A DNA stretch of 64,000 nt. It comes from Coriobacteriaceae bacterium (lineage in GTDB: Bacteria > Actinomycetota > Coriobacteriia > Coriobacteriales > QAMH01). Under the pieces are notes generated by a model. The model saw only the letters and a program-made list of their open reading frames with translations, was not told the origin of the DNA and made no database searches. The number at the start of each line of letters is the position of its first letter. Positions within the stretch are counted from its first letter, which is position 1. Below are positions 27,151 to 36,410 of this stretch, piece after piece. The stretch spans positions 399,264 to 463,263 of the forward strand of contig DAJPGJ010000001.1 in NCBI GenBank assembly GCA_025992705.1, in the 5' to 3' direction. The position numbers and the translations under genes are program-made.

Positions 27151-27657
27151 ATGGGCACCGTCAAAGCCGTTTGCACCAGCACCGTCAAGGGCATTCAAAA
27201 ATCCGAGCAGCAGCATATCGACCTCATTCCCGATTGGGGCATCGAGGATGATGCCCATGCCGGCCCATGGCATCGTCAGGTGAGCCTTCTCGGCTACGAG
27301 CGCATCGAGGCTTTCAAGAGGCTCGGCGCCGATGTAGAGAACGGTTCGTTTGGCGAGAACATCATCGTCGAGGGCTTCGACCTTAAATCGCTTCCCGTCG
27401 GCACGCGTTTTGTCGTGGGCGACGCGGTGCTGGAACTCACGCAGGTCGGCAAGCAGTGTCACAAGCACTGCGCGATCTACCACAAGATGGGGGACTGCAT
27501 CATGCCGCGTGAAGGCGTATTCTGCAAGGTGATTAAAGGGGGACGCGTCTGTGCGGGCGACGCCTTCGACATCATTGGCGAGGTACCCGCTGCCTCTTCG
27601 TACGACCCCTACGATATCCACGCATCGCGCCTCGAGACCTCATCGGCGGTCGCCTAA
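27151..27657 (+). CDS. MOSC domain-containing protein
   Basis: 168 aa from ATG 27151 with RBS AAGGAG. Sequence [43 protein letters not shown] is MOSC-like. Confidence 0.7.
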   Translation: MGTVKAVCTSTVKGIQKSEQQHIDLIPDWGIEDDAHAGPWHRQVSLLGYERIEAFKRLGADVENGSFGENIIVEGFDLKSLPVGTRFVVGDAVLELTQVGKQCHKHCAIYHKMGDCIMPREGVFCKVIKGGRVCAGDAFDIIGEVPAASSYDPYDIHASRLETSSAVA

Positions 27658-27713
27658 TTGGTACTAGAATGCACGTATGCATAACGGAAATCACGAAAAG
27701 GGAGGAATATCCC

Positions 27714-28649
27714 ATGCGCATACACAAGAACGTCTTTGAGCTCATTGGCAACACGCCGCTTGTCGAGCTGACGAATTACGAGAACAATCACGGCCTGGGC
27801 GCCAGGCTCATCGGCAAGGTCGAGTACTTCGAGCCTGCCGGCTCGATCAAGGACCGCATCGCGAAGGCCATGATCGACGAGGCCGAGGCAAACGGCCTGT
27901 TCGATGCCGACACGGTCATCATTGAGCCTACGAGCGGCAACACCGGCATTGGCCTTGCCGCCATCGCTGCCGCTCGAGGCAACCGCATCATCATCACGAT
28001 GCCCGATACCATGTCTGTCGAGCGGCGCAATCTCATGCGCGCCTATGGTGCAGAGCTTGTGCTCACGCCTGGCGCAGACGGCATGAAGGGCGCCATCGCA
28101 AAGGCCGAGGAGCTTGCCGCGGAAATCCCGAACTCGTTCATTCCCTCCCAGTTCACCAACCCGGCCAACCCGGCGATTCACTATCGTACGACGGGCCCCG
28201 AGATCTGGGAGGCTACGGACGGCAAGGTTGACATTCTGGTTGCCGGTGTTGGGACGGGTGGCACGATCAGCGGCACGGGCGCGTATCTGAAGGAGCAGAA
28301 CCCGGACGTGCGGGTCGTTGCCGTGGAGCCGGCGGACTCGCCCGTACTCTCGGAAGGCCGAAGCGGATCGCACGGCATACAGGGCATCGGCGCCGGTTTC
28401 GTGCCCGAGACGCTCGACACGGACGTCTACGATGAGGTCATCACAATCACCAACGAGGAGGCCTTCGAGGCGGGTCGTGAGCTTGCTGCTCATGATGGTC
28501 TGCTCGTTGGCATCTCGTCCGGTGCCGCCGTTGCCGCTGCAACGAAGCTCGCCCAACGCCCCGAGAACGCCGGCAAGAACATCGTGGTGATTCTGCCCGA
28601 CACCGGCGAGCGCTACCTCAGCTCCGCCATGTTCGACTTTGGGGAGTAA
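27714..28649 (+). CDS. cysK: Cysteine synthase A (O-acetylserine sulfhydrylase)
   Basis: 311 aa with RBS AGGGAGGAA. Contains the PLP-lysine motif [10 protein letters not shown], and the sequence reads as CysK throughout. Confidence 0.9.
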   Translation: MRIHKNVFELIGNTPLVELTNYENNHGLGARLIGKVEYFEPAGSIKDRIAKAMIDEAEANGLFDADTVIIEPTSGNTGIGLAAIAAARGNRIIITMPDTMSVERRNLMRAYGAELVLTPGADGMKGAIAKAEELAAEIPNSFIPSQFTNPANPAIHYRTTGPEIWEATDGKVDILVAGVGTGGTISGTGAYLKEQNPDVRVVAVEPADSPVLSEGRSGSHGIQGIGAGFVPETLDTDVYDEVITITNEEAFEAGRELAAHDGLLVGISSGAAVAAATKLAQRPENAGKNIVVILPDTGERYLSSAMFDFGE

Positions 28650-28662
28650 ATATCGTCAGCAG

Positions 28663-28691
28663 TGGGACAAATGACTTGTCCATTTGTCCCA
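28663..28691 (+). terminator. Palindromic hairpin TGGGACAAATG-N7-CATTTGTCCCA (second copy)
   Basis: Same 11-bp stem as 276-304. The loop ACTTGTC is close to the reverse complement of the first loop. Confidence 0.5.
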
Positions 28692-28741
28692 TGCGATAGC
28701 GTCTATAATGGCGTCCGAAAATCTCTGAGACGGAGGGCGTC

Positions 28742-29947
28742 GTGCGCTTGCGATACCGATTGATGCAGCTGCTGCGCAGGCACTGGATGCTTGGCACCGC
28801 GGCGTTTGTCGCCCTCGTTTCCATGTTCTTCGTGCCGCCTGACGGGGCGTATCTCGGCTACTTTGACTGGAAGACCATCGGATGCCTGTTCTGCGTGCTG
28901 GCTGTTGCGAGCGCGTTGCGAAACGCAGGTGTCTTCGACTGGGCCGCCCGCGCCGCCATCGCGCGCTTCGGAAGTCCGCGCAAGCTGGCGATGACGCTCG
29001 TGCTCGTCACGGCCGCGTTTTCGATGGCGTTTACCAACGACGTCGCGCTCGTCATCATGCTGCCGCTCTCGGTGGCCGCTCTTGTCGAGTCCGGCCAACC
29101 ACGGCTCGTGCCCGCCGTCTTCGCGTTGCAGGCGCTCGCGGCGAACCTCTGCGGCATGGTGACGCCGTTCGGAAATCCCCAGAACATCTATCTTTACTCC
29201 TACTTCCACGTTGAGCTGGGCGAATTCCTCATGACGATGGCCATGCCGTTTCTCCTGTCCGTCGTGGGTGTCGTCTTCGCGACTTGGTTCATGACGGGAC
29301 GTGGCATTGTCGAAGACGACAGCGTTTCGATGCAGCCGCAACAGGGCACGTCAGACGAGGACGTCATGGCCCCCGCGGCTTCAGCCGCGATGCTCGACCG
29401 ACGACGCCTCATAGTCTACGTGCCGCTCTTCGTCATCGCGCTACTCGCGGTCTTTCGCGTAATCCCCTTTGGCATTGCCGTCATCATCGTAATCGTGGCG
29501 CTTCTCATTCTCGATCGTGATGCGTTGCTTAAGGTCGACTATCCGCTGCTCGCTACGTTCCTCTGTTTCTTCGTCTTTGCAGGGAACATGGCGCGCATCC
29601 CGGTGCTGGAGGAAGCGCTTCAGCCGCTCATGGGACAGTGGGGCTTGCTCACCTCCGCTTTGACCAGCCAGGTCATCAGCAACGTGCCCGCCGCGGTGCT
29701 GCTCTCGCACTTTGCCGACGCGTGGCAACCGCTGCTCATCGGCGTGAATATCGGGGGAGCGGGCACCTTTGTGGGATCGCTCGCGAGCCTCATCGCGATT
29801 CGCCACTTTGCCATCGCGCGCACGATGGTCCCGCGCCTACGTGAGCCGGATGCGCCGGACACGGCGTCCTTCCTTCGTCTCTTCGGCATCGTGAACGGCG
29901 CGTTCTTCATCGCGCTGCTTATCATCTGCCAGCTTGCGCTAGCATAA
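28742..29947 (+). CDS. Anion permease (ArsB/NhaD-type transporter)
   Basis: 401 aa polytopic membrane protein. GTG start at 28742; alternative start ATG 28763. Confidence 0.65.
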   Translation: MRLRYRLMQLLRRHWMLGTAAFVALVSMFFVPPDGAYLGYFDWKTIGCLFCVLAVASALRNAGVFDWAARAAIARFGSPRKLAMTLVLVTAAFSMAFTNDVALVIMLPLSVAALVESGQPRLVPAVFALQALAANLCGMVTPFGNPQNIYLYSYFHVELGEFLMTMAMPFLLSVVGVVFATWFMTGRGIVEDDSVSMQPQQGTSDEDVMAPAASAAMLDRRRLIVYVPLFVIALLAVFRVIPFGIAVIIVIVALLILDRDALLKVDYPLLATFLCFFVFAGNMARIPVLEEALQPLMGQWGLLTSALTSQVISNVPAAVLLSHFADAWQPLLIGVNIGGAGTFVGSLASLIAIRHFAIARTMVPRLREPDAPDTASFLRLFGIVNGAFFIALLIICQLALA

Positions 29948-29958
29948 TACGGCAAGCT

Positions 29959-30012
29959 GGCAACAGGGGGACAGACCCCCGAACCCAAAGCTGACAATAG
30001 GGGGACAGACCC
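29959..30012 (+). repeat. Type A repeat, 2 copies
   Basis: GGCAACAGGGGGACAGACCC at 29959-29978 and GACAATAGGGGGACAGACCC at 29993-30012. Confidence 0.9.
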
Positions 30013-30024
30013 CCGAACCCCTGA

Positions 30025-30042
30025 CCCCCGCCCCCCCCCCCC
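30025..30042 (+). repeat. Homopolymeric tract C5-G-C12
   Basis: Counted directly: C at 30025-30029, G at 30030, C at 30031-30042. The tract lies 157 nt upstream of the ABC substrate-binding gene. Confidence 0.95.
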
Positions 30043-30198
30043 TCCTTGCGCACGCACGATACTGCACCAAACCGATTACCGACATTCATCTACCATTAGC
30101 ATTAATCCAATAGAGACATTTTGCACTTAACTATTTGCATGCGTCCAATAGATGCTATAGTCTCCGCGCTCAGTCACGATTCACGAAAGGGAGACCAC

Positions 30199-31305
30199 AT
30201 GAAAATAAGCAAGAAGATTGGAGTGTTGGTAGCCGCTCTTGCCATGAGCGCCCTGCTGACCGTGTCTCTCGTTGGTTGCGGTGGCTCAGGCCAAGGCAGC
30301 AACAACGATTTCATGGAAAAGGGCGATGGCGAGCATCTGGTATGCGCCGTCACCGGCAAGCTCATCAAGATTGCTCCGGCCATTCTCGCCGATCAGCTTG
30401 GCTACTTCGAGGAGGAGGGCTGCGACGTCGAGTTCCAGACCGTCGCACTCGCCGATGCCATGGCCTCGATGTCCGTCAACAAGCTCGACATCGACCTCTT
30501 CGGCATTGTCCCGGCATGCTCCTATGTGTCGCAGGGTATTCCCATCTACGTCTTCGGCGGCACCATTCTCGATGGTTCGGAGTTCATTTCCACCACCGGT
30601 TTCAATCGCGACCTCAAGACTGCCGAGGACTTCCGCGGTCTCAAGATTGCCTGCCAGCGCGAGGAGAGCGGCCAGATCTACCTGAAGGCCTATCTCCAAG
30701 ACAACGGCCTTGAGCTGGGCAAGGACGTCGAGTTCGAGTACGTCGATAATCCCACCACGGCTCTCGAGGGTCTGCGTTCGGGTCAGTGCGACCTGTTCAT
30801 CGCCAACAATGCCATGGGCTACACCTATTCAACCTCCATGGATGACATCAAGGTCGCTGGTGCACCTGCGGACGTGACGGGCGATTATCCGTGCTGCCGC
30901 CAGAACTGCTCCGACGACGCCTATCACAACAAGTTCCAGTCCCTCGTTGACTTCGAGGTCGCCCTCATTCGCGGCTATGACTATTACCTCAACAACAAGG
31001 AAGACGTCATCAAGCGCATGGTCGATTACTCCGCCCAGACCCCCGAGTACGTCGAGGCGGCCCTCTACGGCACCGATTCCTATCGCAACATGATGGACCT
31101 CACGCCCGATCCCCATACCAACGAGATTGTGGACTATTACAAGGCCATGCTCTCCATCGGCGAGATCGAGGGCGACGAGAACGCGATGGATCAGTACGCC
31201 ACGAGTGAGGTCTACAAGCGCGCTCTCGATCGTCTGGTTTCGCAGTATCCCGACAACCAGACCTATCAGAAGCTTGCCGCCGACTTTGCCATCTACAACA
31301 GCTAA
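30199..31305 (+). CDS. ABC transporter substrate-binding lipoprotein (NMT1/THI5-like, nitrate/sulfonate/taurine class)
   Basis: ATG 30199 with RBS AAGGGAG. Signal peptide plus lipobox LVGC. The sequence LADQLGYFEEEGCDVEF is typical of this SBP class. Confidence 0.7.
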   Translation: MKISKKIGVLVAALAMSALLTVSLVGCGGSGQGSNNDFMEKGDGEHLVCAVTGKLIKIAPAILADQLGYFEEEGCDVEFQTVALADAMASMSVNKLDIDLFGIVPACSYVSQGIPIYVFGGTILDGSEFISTTGFNRDLKTAEDFRGLKIACQREESGQIYLKAYLQDNGLELGKDVEFEYVDNPTTALEGLRSGQCDLFIANNAMGYTYSTSMDDIKVAGAPADVTGDYPCCRQNCSDDAYHNKFQSLVDFEVALIRGYDYYLNNKEDVIKRMVDYSAQTPEYVEAALYGTDSYRNMMDLTPDPHTNEIVDYYKAMLSIGEIEGDENAMDQYATSEVYKRALDRLVSQYPDNQTYQKLAADFAIYNS

Positions 31306-31402
31306 GTCCCTTTCGGCTGTCAGCGTTGCCCCCAGGGCGGTCCTGTTTGCGCAGGGCCGTCCTTCCCCATATGTAAGACGAGAGACAAGAAAACGGAGGG
31401 TG

Positions 31403-32287
31403 ATGATGAGCTCGCTCGACATGATTGACGTGTCCTATGCCTACCCCGACGAGGTGGACAAGTTCAAGACACGCAAGCACCGCCATGTGACCGTAGAGGA
31501 TATTCCCGATGAGGACCTCGTGCTCAAGCACCTGAATCTGCACGTTGCGGACGGCGAGTTCCTGTGCCTGGTCGGGCATTCGGGGTGCGGCAAGTCCACC
31601 ACCCTTCGCATTCTTGCCGGCCTGCAAAAGCCGTTGGGAGGAAGGATTCTCATTGGCGACGAACCGCTCGATGGTCCCGGCATGAACCGTTCGGTGGTCT
31701 TCCAGAACTATGCGATCTTTCCCTGGATGAAGGCGAAGCAAAACGTCGAGTTCGGCATTCATCAGGCATCGCTCGAGCTACACCGCAGTTTGAGCAAGGA
31801 GCGCATCTCCGAAATTGCCGACGAATACCTGGCCAAGGTCAACATGAGCAAGGCCGCCGACTTGTACCCCTATCAGCTTTCCGGCGGCATGCAGCAACGC
31901 GTGGCCATTGCCCGCGCGCTTGCAATGGACACCGAGATGCTCCTGTTCGACGAGCCCTTCGGTGCGCTTGACATCAAGACGCGCCGCGAGCTGCAAGGTC
32001 TCATGGAGGGCCTGTGGATGTCGGACGAGTCGCGCAAGACGGCCATCTTCGTTACCCACGACGTCGAGGAGGCGCTGCTTTTGGCCGATCGCATCGTGTT
32101 CATGAGTGGCGGCCGCTTCATCGACGAGTTTACGCTCGACATTCCGCGTCCGCGTGATCCCGAGGCCTTCTTCGAGACCGATGTCTACAAGGAACGTCGT
32201 GCGTACCTTATGGAGCTGTTCTACGCGGCCGAGGAGACGAAGCTCGATCAGGCCGACCGCGAACGCGTATACGAGGAGGTGATGTAG
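31403..32287 (+). CDS. ABC transporter ATP-binding protein
   Basis: Walker A GHSGCGKST, signature LSGGMQQRVAIARAL, Walker B LLFDEP. The track ORF from 31127 is an overlong extension. Confidence 0.9.
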   Translation: MMSSLDMIDVSYAYPDEVDKFKTRKHRHVTVEDIPDEDLVLKHLNLHVADGEFLCLVGHSGCGKSTTLRILAGLQKPLGGRILIGDEPLDGPGMNRSVVFQNYAIFPWMKAKQNVEFGIHQASLELHRSLSKERISEIADEYLAKVNMSKAADLYPYQLSGGMQQRVAIARALAMDTEMLLFDEPFGALDIKTRRELQGLMEGLWMSDESRKTAIFVTHDVEEALLLADRIVFMSGGRFIDEFTLDIPRPRDPEAFFETDVYKERRAYLMELFYAAEETKLDQADRERVYEEVM

Positions 32288-33214
32288 ATGCCGCGCAAGA
32301 TCAAAACGCACCTGGTCATCTCACATGTGCTCCTGCTTGCGCTGCTGGGCATCATTTTCCTCATGCCCAATACGCGCACCAATGTCGCACCCGTAACAGG
32401 CGAAATCATCGCCATCTGCTGCATCGAGCTCTTCTATCTGCTCGCCCTGGCTCTAGGACGGCGCAAGGATCCCATGCCAGAGGGCTCATCCGACATCATC
32501 CTGATCGTCTGGGTGATTTTCATCGCCTGGGAACTTGTTGGCCCCAAGCTGGGCATTGCCCATAACGTGCTCATTCCTTCGCCGGAAAACGTCTTCAACG
32601 TCTTCGTCGAATACAGCGGCGAGCTTGCGATGAACGTGGTCTCCTCGTTGCAACTGCTGCTCACGGGCTACATCCTGGGGACGATTCTCGGCATCATCCT
32701 CGGCATCATCTGCGGATGGATTCCGCGCCTGCGTGCGATTTTCTATCCGATTGCCAACGTGTTTGCGCCCATCCCGTCGGTCGTGTTCACGCCGTTCCTC
32801 GTCATCATCATGCCCACCTACCGCTGGGCGGCCATCATGGTCATCCTCATTGGCGTGTTCTGGCCGCAGTTCCTGTCCATGATCCTGCGTGTCGGGTCGC
32901 TGCCGCCGGCAATCGTGGATAACACGCGCGTGCTCATGGTCAATACGCCGACCATGATCAGCAAGGTCATCATTCCCTATATCATCCCGGACATCCTCAA
33001 GGGCCTGCGTGTGTCGCTCACCACGGGTTTTCTGATGCTCATGTACGCCGAGAGCTTTGGCGCCAAGTCTGGCATCGGATACTGGATATCCAATGCCAAC
33101 GTGTTCGCGAACTACGCGAACATCTACGCGGGCATCATCACCTGCGGCATGACAGTCACGGTGCTCAACTACTTCTCCGGCTGGCTGCAGAAGAGGTTCA
33201 CCACATGGCGTTAG
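32288..33214 (+). CDS. ABC transporter permease
   Basis: 308 aa. The start abuts the upstream stop. Multiple TM segments with an EAA-like loop. Confidence 0.85.
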   Translation: MPRKIKTHLVISHVLLLALLGIIFLMPNTRTNVAPVTGEIIAICCIELFYLLALALGRRKDPMPEGSSDIILIVWVIFIAWELVGPKLGIAHNVLIPSPENVFNVFVEYSGELAMNVVSSLQLLLTGYILGTILGIILGIICGWIPRLRAIFYPIANVFAPIPSVVFTPFLVIIMPTYRWAAIMVILIGVFWPQFLSMILRVGSLPPAIVDNTRVLMVNTPTMISKVIIPYIIPDILKGLRVSLTTGFLMLMYAESFGAKSGIGYWISNANVFANYANIYAGIITCGMTVTVLNYFSGWLQKRFTTWR

Positions 33215-33223
33215 GGGAGTGGT

Positions 33224-33410
33224 GGCAATAAGGGGACAGACCCCCAATCGCCGCAGGTGGCAATAAGGGGACAGACCCCCGATTACCGCAGGTGGTGATA
33301 AGGGGACAGACCCCCGATTACCGCAGGTGGTGATAAGGGGACAGACCCCCCACTGTCATTTCGAGCGAGCGGAGCGAGTCGAGAAATCTTGGAAATAAGG
33401 GGACAGACCC
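33224..33410 (+). repeat. Four tandem 35-bp type A units, then B, then A
   Basis: Type A at 33224, 33259, 33294 and 33329 (exact 35-nt period). Type B at 33354-33389 and type A at 33391-33410. Confidence 0.95.
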
Positions 33411-33461
33411 TTTACGGCGAATGCCGATACAGGTTGCAAATCAAAAAGCGAAAGGATTGAA

Positions 33462-34583
33462 ATGAACAACGAGGTCAAGGAACTCATCGACAAGGTGTAT
33501 GACGAGGGCGTGCGTGGCGCGTCCCAGCCGCGTGAGGTGATCATCAGATTGCTGGAGCTCGACCCGAGTTCCGAAGAGGTTTCCTATCTGAAGGAGAAGG
33601 CCGCCGAGCTGGCGCACATCGCCACGGGCAACAGCGCCTCTATCTCGGGTGCCATCGGCGTGGACCTGTGCAGCTGCGACATGAACTGCAAGTTCTGCGC
33701 GTTCGGGACCGAGTGGGGGCTTGTCGAGGAGGACGTGATCTACTCCAAGGAGGAGATCATTGAGCTCGTGCGCGCCTATGTTGAGGCTGGTGTCACCACC
33801 ATCACCCTGCGTTCGACCGAGTTCTACGACATGAACGTGCTGTCCGAGTGGCTCGCCGACATTCGCGAGGCGGTGCCGGGCAGCTATCTCATCAACCTTA
33901 ACGTGGGCGAGATGAGCCCGGCCATGGCCGAGGCGGCCTACCAGGCCGGTGCCACGAGCGCCTATCACGTGATCCGCATGCGCGAAGGCATCGACACCCC
34001 CTTTGACGTCGACCTGCGCTGGAAGACCGTCGACGCCATCAGCAATTCGCCGCTCCGATGGCTCACCTGCGTCGAGCCCCTGGGTGTCGAGCACACCAAC
34101 GAGGAGATTGCGGATCGCATTCTGGAGAATCTGGCTCATCGCCCCTATGCGATGAGCGTCATGGCTCGCGTCAACGTGCCCGGTACGCCCTTCGAGGGCA
34201 TGGATGAAATCAGCGAGGAGCGCATGTTGCACTTGCTGGCGACGCTGCGTCTAGTGGTGGGCACCAAGGTGCGCAGTTGCGGCATGCACCCGGCCATTCC
34301 GGCGGCTCTCTACGCCGGAGGCAGCAACTTCACCGTCGAGCGAGGGGCCAATCCTCGAGACACCACCTTCAACGAGGACGTCTGGCGGGGCTTTACCGTG
34401 GAGGAGGCCAAGGCGCTTATCGAGGAAGCCGGTTTCGTCTGCCGTCCCGAAAACCCCGATCCGCGTTTCCCCATCGACGGCAAGCAATGGTGGAAGGTGG
34501 GTGACCCTGCCGACTACATCATGCCCGATCCCGTCGAGAACGCCGGCGCTGGTTGCTGCTGCGGCCCCCGCAAGAAAAAGTAG
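33462..34583 (+). CDS. Radical SAM protein (BioB/HydE/MqnC-like core)
   Basis: 373 aa with the CxxxCxxC motif CDMNCKFCAF. Subfamily cannot be assigned by eye. Confidence 0.65.
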   Translation: MNNEVKELIDKVYDEGVRGASQPREVIIRLLELDPSSEEVSYLKEKAAELAHIATGNSASISGAIGVDLCSCDMNCKFCAFGTEWGLVEEDVIYSKEEIIELVRAYVEAGVTTITLRSTEFYDMNVLSEWLADIREAVPGSYLINLNVGEMSPAMAEAAYQAGATSAYHVIRMREGIDTPFDVDLRWKTVDAISNSPLRWLTCVEPLGVEHTNEEIADRILENLAHRPYAMSVMARVNVPGTPFEGMDEISEERMLHLLATLRLVVGTKVRSCGMHPAIPAALYAGGSNFTVERGANPRDTTFNEDVWRGFTVEEAKALIEEAGFVCRPENPDPRFPIDGKQWWKVGDPADYIMPDPVENAGAGCCCGPRKKK

Positions 34584-34588
34584 CAGCT

Positions 34589-34706
34589 GGCAACAAGGGG
34601 ACAGACCCTCGTGGCAACAAGGGGACAGACCCCGCAATTGTCATTTCGAGCGAGCGAAGCGAGTCGAGAAATCTGGTAACAAGGGGACAGACCCCTGTCT
34701 GTCCCC
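34589..34706. repeat. Mosaic repeat block A - A - B - A with a terminal self-hairpin
   Basis: Type A at 34589-34608, 34613-34632 and 34675-34694. Type B at 34639-34674. GGGGACAGAC-ccct-GTCTGTCCCC at 34683-34706. Confidence 0.9.
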
Positions 34707-34776
34707 AATTTCCCTCCATTCCCCCAAAGCCGCTACAATAGGGCGCATCAATACACCGCGCGAAAGGAATCATGGA

Positions 34777-36120
34777 ATGATCGAGCGCTACACGCTGCCC
34801 GAGATGGGCCACATCTGGTCTCTCGAGAACAAGTTCGACGTTTGGAAGGAGATCGAGGTCCTCGCTTGTGAAGCGCAGGCCGAGCTGGGGCAGTGCGGCA
34901 TCACCGCCGAGGAGGCCGCGTGGATTCGCGCGCATGCCGATTTCACCGTGCCCGAGATCGACGAGATCGAGAAGGTCACCAACCACGATGTCATCGCCTT
35001 CACGACCGTCATGGCGAACTACATCGATGCCGACGTGCCCGAGGGCGAGCCCAAACCAAGTCGCTGGGTGCACTACGGCATGACGAGCTCCGACCTTGGC
35101 GACACCGCCCTGAGCTACCAGGTCACGCAGGCCCTCGACATCATCATCGCCGACGTGAAGCGCCTGGGCGAGACCTGCAAGCGCCGCGCGTTCGAGTTCG
35201 AGGATGCCATCTGCGTGGGCCGTACCCACGGCATCCATGCCGAGCCCATGACCTTCGGCATGAAGTTCGGCAGCTGGGCCTGGGCGCTCAAGCGCGCCGA
35301 GACGCGCCTGCAGCAGGCGCGCGAGGTTGCCGCCACCGGAGCCATCAGCGGTGCGGTTGGCACCTACTCCAATATCGACCCCTTCGTCGAGCAGTTCGTT
35401 TGCGAGAAGCTTGGCCTCACGCCCGACCCGCTTTCTACGCAGGTCATCGCACGTGACCGTCATGCGCAGGTTATGTCTGCGCTTGCCGTTACGGCCTCCA
35501 CGCTCGAGTCCATCGCCATGCAGATTCGCCTGCTCCAGCAGTCCGACGTCATCGAGGCCGAGGAGCCCTTCACCAAGGGACAGAAGGGTTCGAGCGCGAT
35601 GCCCCACAAGCGCAATCCCATCACGGCCGAGCGCGTTTGCGGTCTGGCTCGTGTGGTCAAGGCGAATGCGCAAGTCGCATTTGACGATGTGGCGCTTTGG
35701 TACGAGCGCGACATCTCGCACTCCGGTGCCGAGCGCGTCGTCCTGGCAGATAGCTTCACCGCACTCGACTACATGTTCTCGAAGATGCAGTGGATGCTCG
35801 ACGACCTCAACGTCTACGTGAATAAGAGCCTGCACAACCTGTGGCGCACGCGCGGTCTCATCTTCAGCTCGAAGGTCATCCTCGCGCTCGTCGATACGGG
35901 CATGATCCGCGAGGACGCGTACGTCATCGTGCAGCGCAACGCCATGAAGGTGTGGGACGACATCCAGCAGGCCATCGACGGGCCCACCTTCCGCGAGAAC
36001 CTCGAGGCTGATCCGGATTGTCCGCTCACGGAAGCGCAGCTCGACGCCATCTTCGACCCGGAAAGCTTCCTGGGTCACAAGGCCGTCATCTTCGACAAGC
36101 TCAAGAGCCTGGAGTTTTAG
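34777..36120 (+). CDS. purB: Adenylosuccinate lyase
   Basis: 447 aa from ATG 34777. The N-terminus MIERYTLPEMGHIWSLENKFDVWKEIEV is PurB-like, and the sequence SSAMPHKRNP is present. The track ORF from 34501 runs through repeats. Confidence 0.9.
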   Translation: MIERYTLPEMGHIWSLENKFDVWKEIEVLACEAQAELGQCGITAEEAAWIRAHADFTVPEIDEIEKVTNHDVIAFTTVMANYIDADVPEGEPKPSRWVHYGMTSSDLGDTALSYQVTQALDIIIADVKRLGETCKRRAFEFEDAICVGRTHGIHAEPMTFGMKFGSWAWALKRAETRLQQAREVAATGAISGAVGTYSNIDPFVEQFVCEKLGLTPDPLSTQVIARDRHAQVMSALAVTASTLESIAMQIRLLQQSDVIEAEEPFTKGQKGSSAMPHKRNPITAERVCGLARVVKANAQVAFDDVALWYERDISHSGAERVVLADSFTALDYMFSKMQWMLDDLNVYVNKSLHNLWRTRGLIFSSKVILALVDTGMIREDAYVIVQRNAMKVWDDIQQAIDGPTFRENLEADPDCPLTEAQLDAIFDPESFLGHKAVIFDKLKSLEF

Positions 36121-36128
36121 GAGCACTC

Positions 36129-36410
36129 ATGGAAAATCAAGCGCAGGAGCCGGAGTTTCTGTATCGCACGCATGGCACGTGTTCGCGTGCCATCAAGTTC
36201 GATCTCGACGATGAGGCGCGCGTGAAAAACGTCGAGTTTATCGGCGGGTGCAACGGCAACGCCAAGGGCATCGCTTCCCTCATCGAGGGCATGCCGGCGG
36301 ATTGGGTCATCGAGCGTTGCGCGGGGACGCAGTGCGGCGGCAAGGCAACGTCCTGTCCCGATCAACTCTCCCGTGCCCTCACCTGGGCCATCGAGCAACG
36401 GCAGGCGTAG
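36129..36410 (+). CDS. TSCPD-domain small protein (TIGR03905-like, 4-Cys)
   Basis: 93 aa. Sequence GTCSRAIKFDL...FIGGCNGNAKGI...CGGKATSCPDQLS. Confidence 0.7.
   Translation: MENQAQEPEFLYRTHGTCSRAIKFDLDDEARVKNVEFIGGCNGNAKGIASLIEGMPADWVIERCAGTQCGGKATSCPDQLSRALTWAIEQRQA

Noticed and set aside
30043-30198. A TPP or other riboswitch upstream of the NMT1/THI5-like ABC importer
   Set aside because: No CUGAGA or ACCUGA core, or comparable conserved motif, is visible. The distance from the putative promoter to the start codon is too short.
33224-33348. A 35-bp periodic array that could be taken for a CRISPR locus
   Set aside because: The segments between the conserved cores are themselves conserved, so there are no unique spacers. 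There are only four units, no cas genes lie nearby, and the unit belongs to the dispersed type A family.
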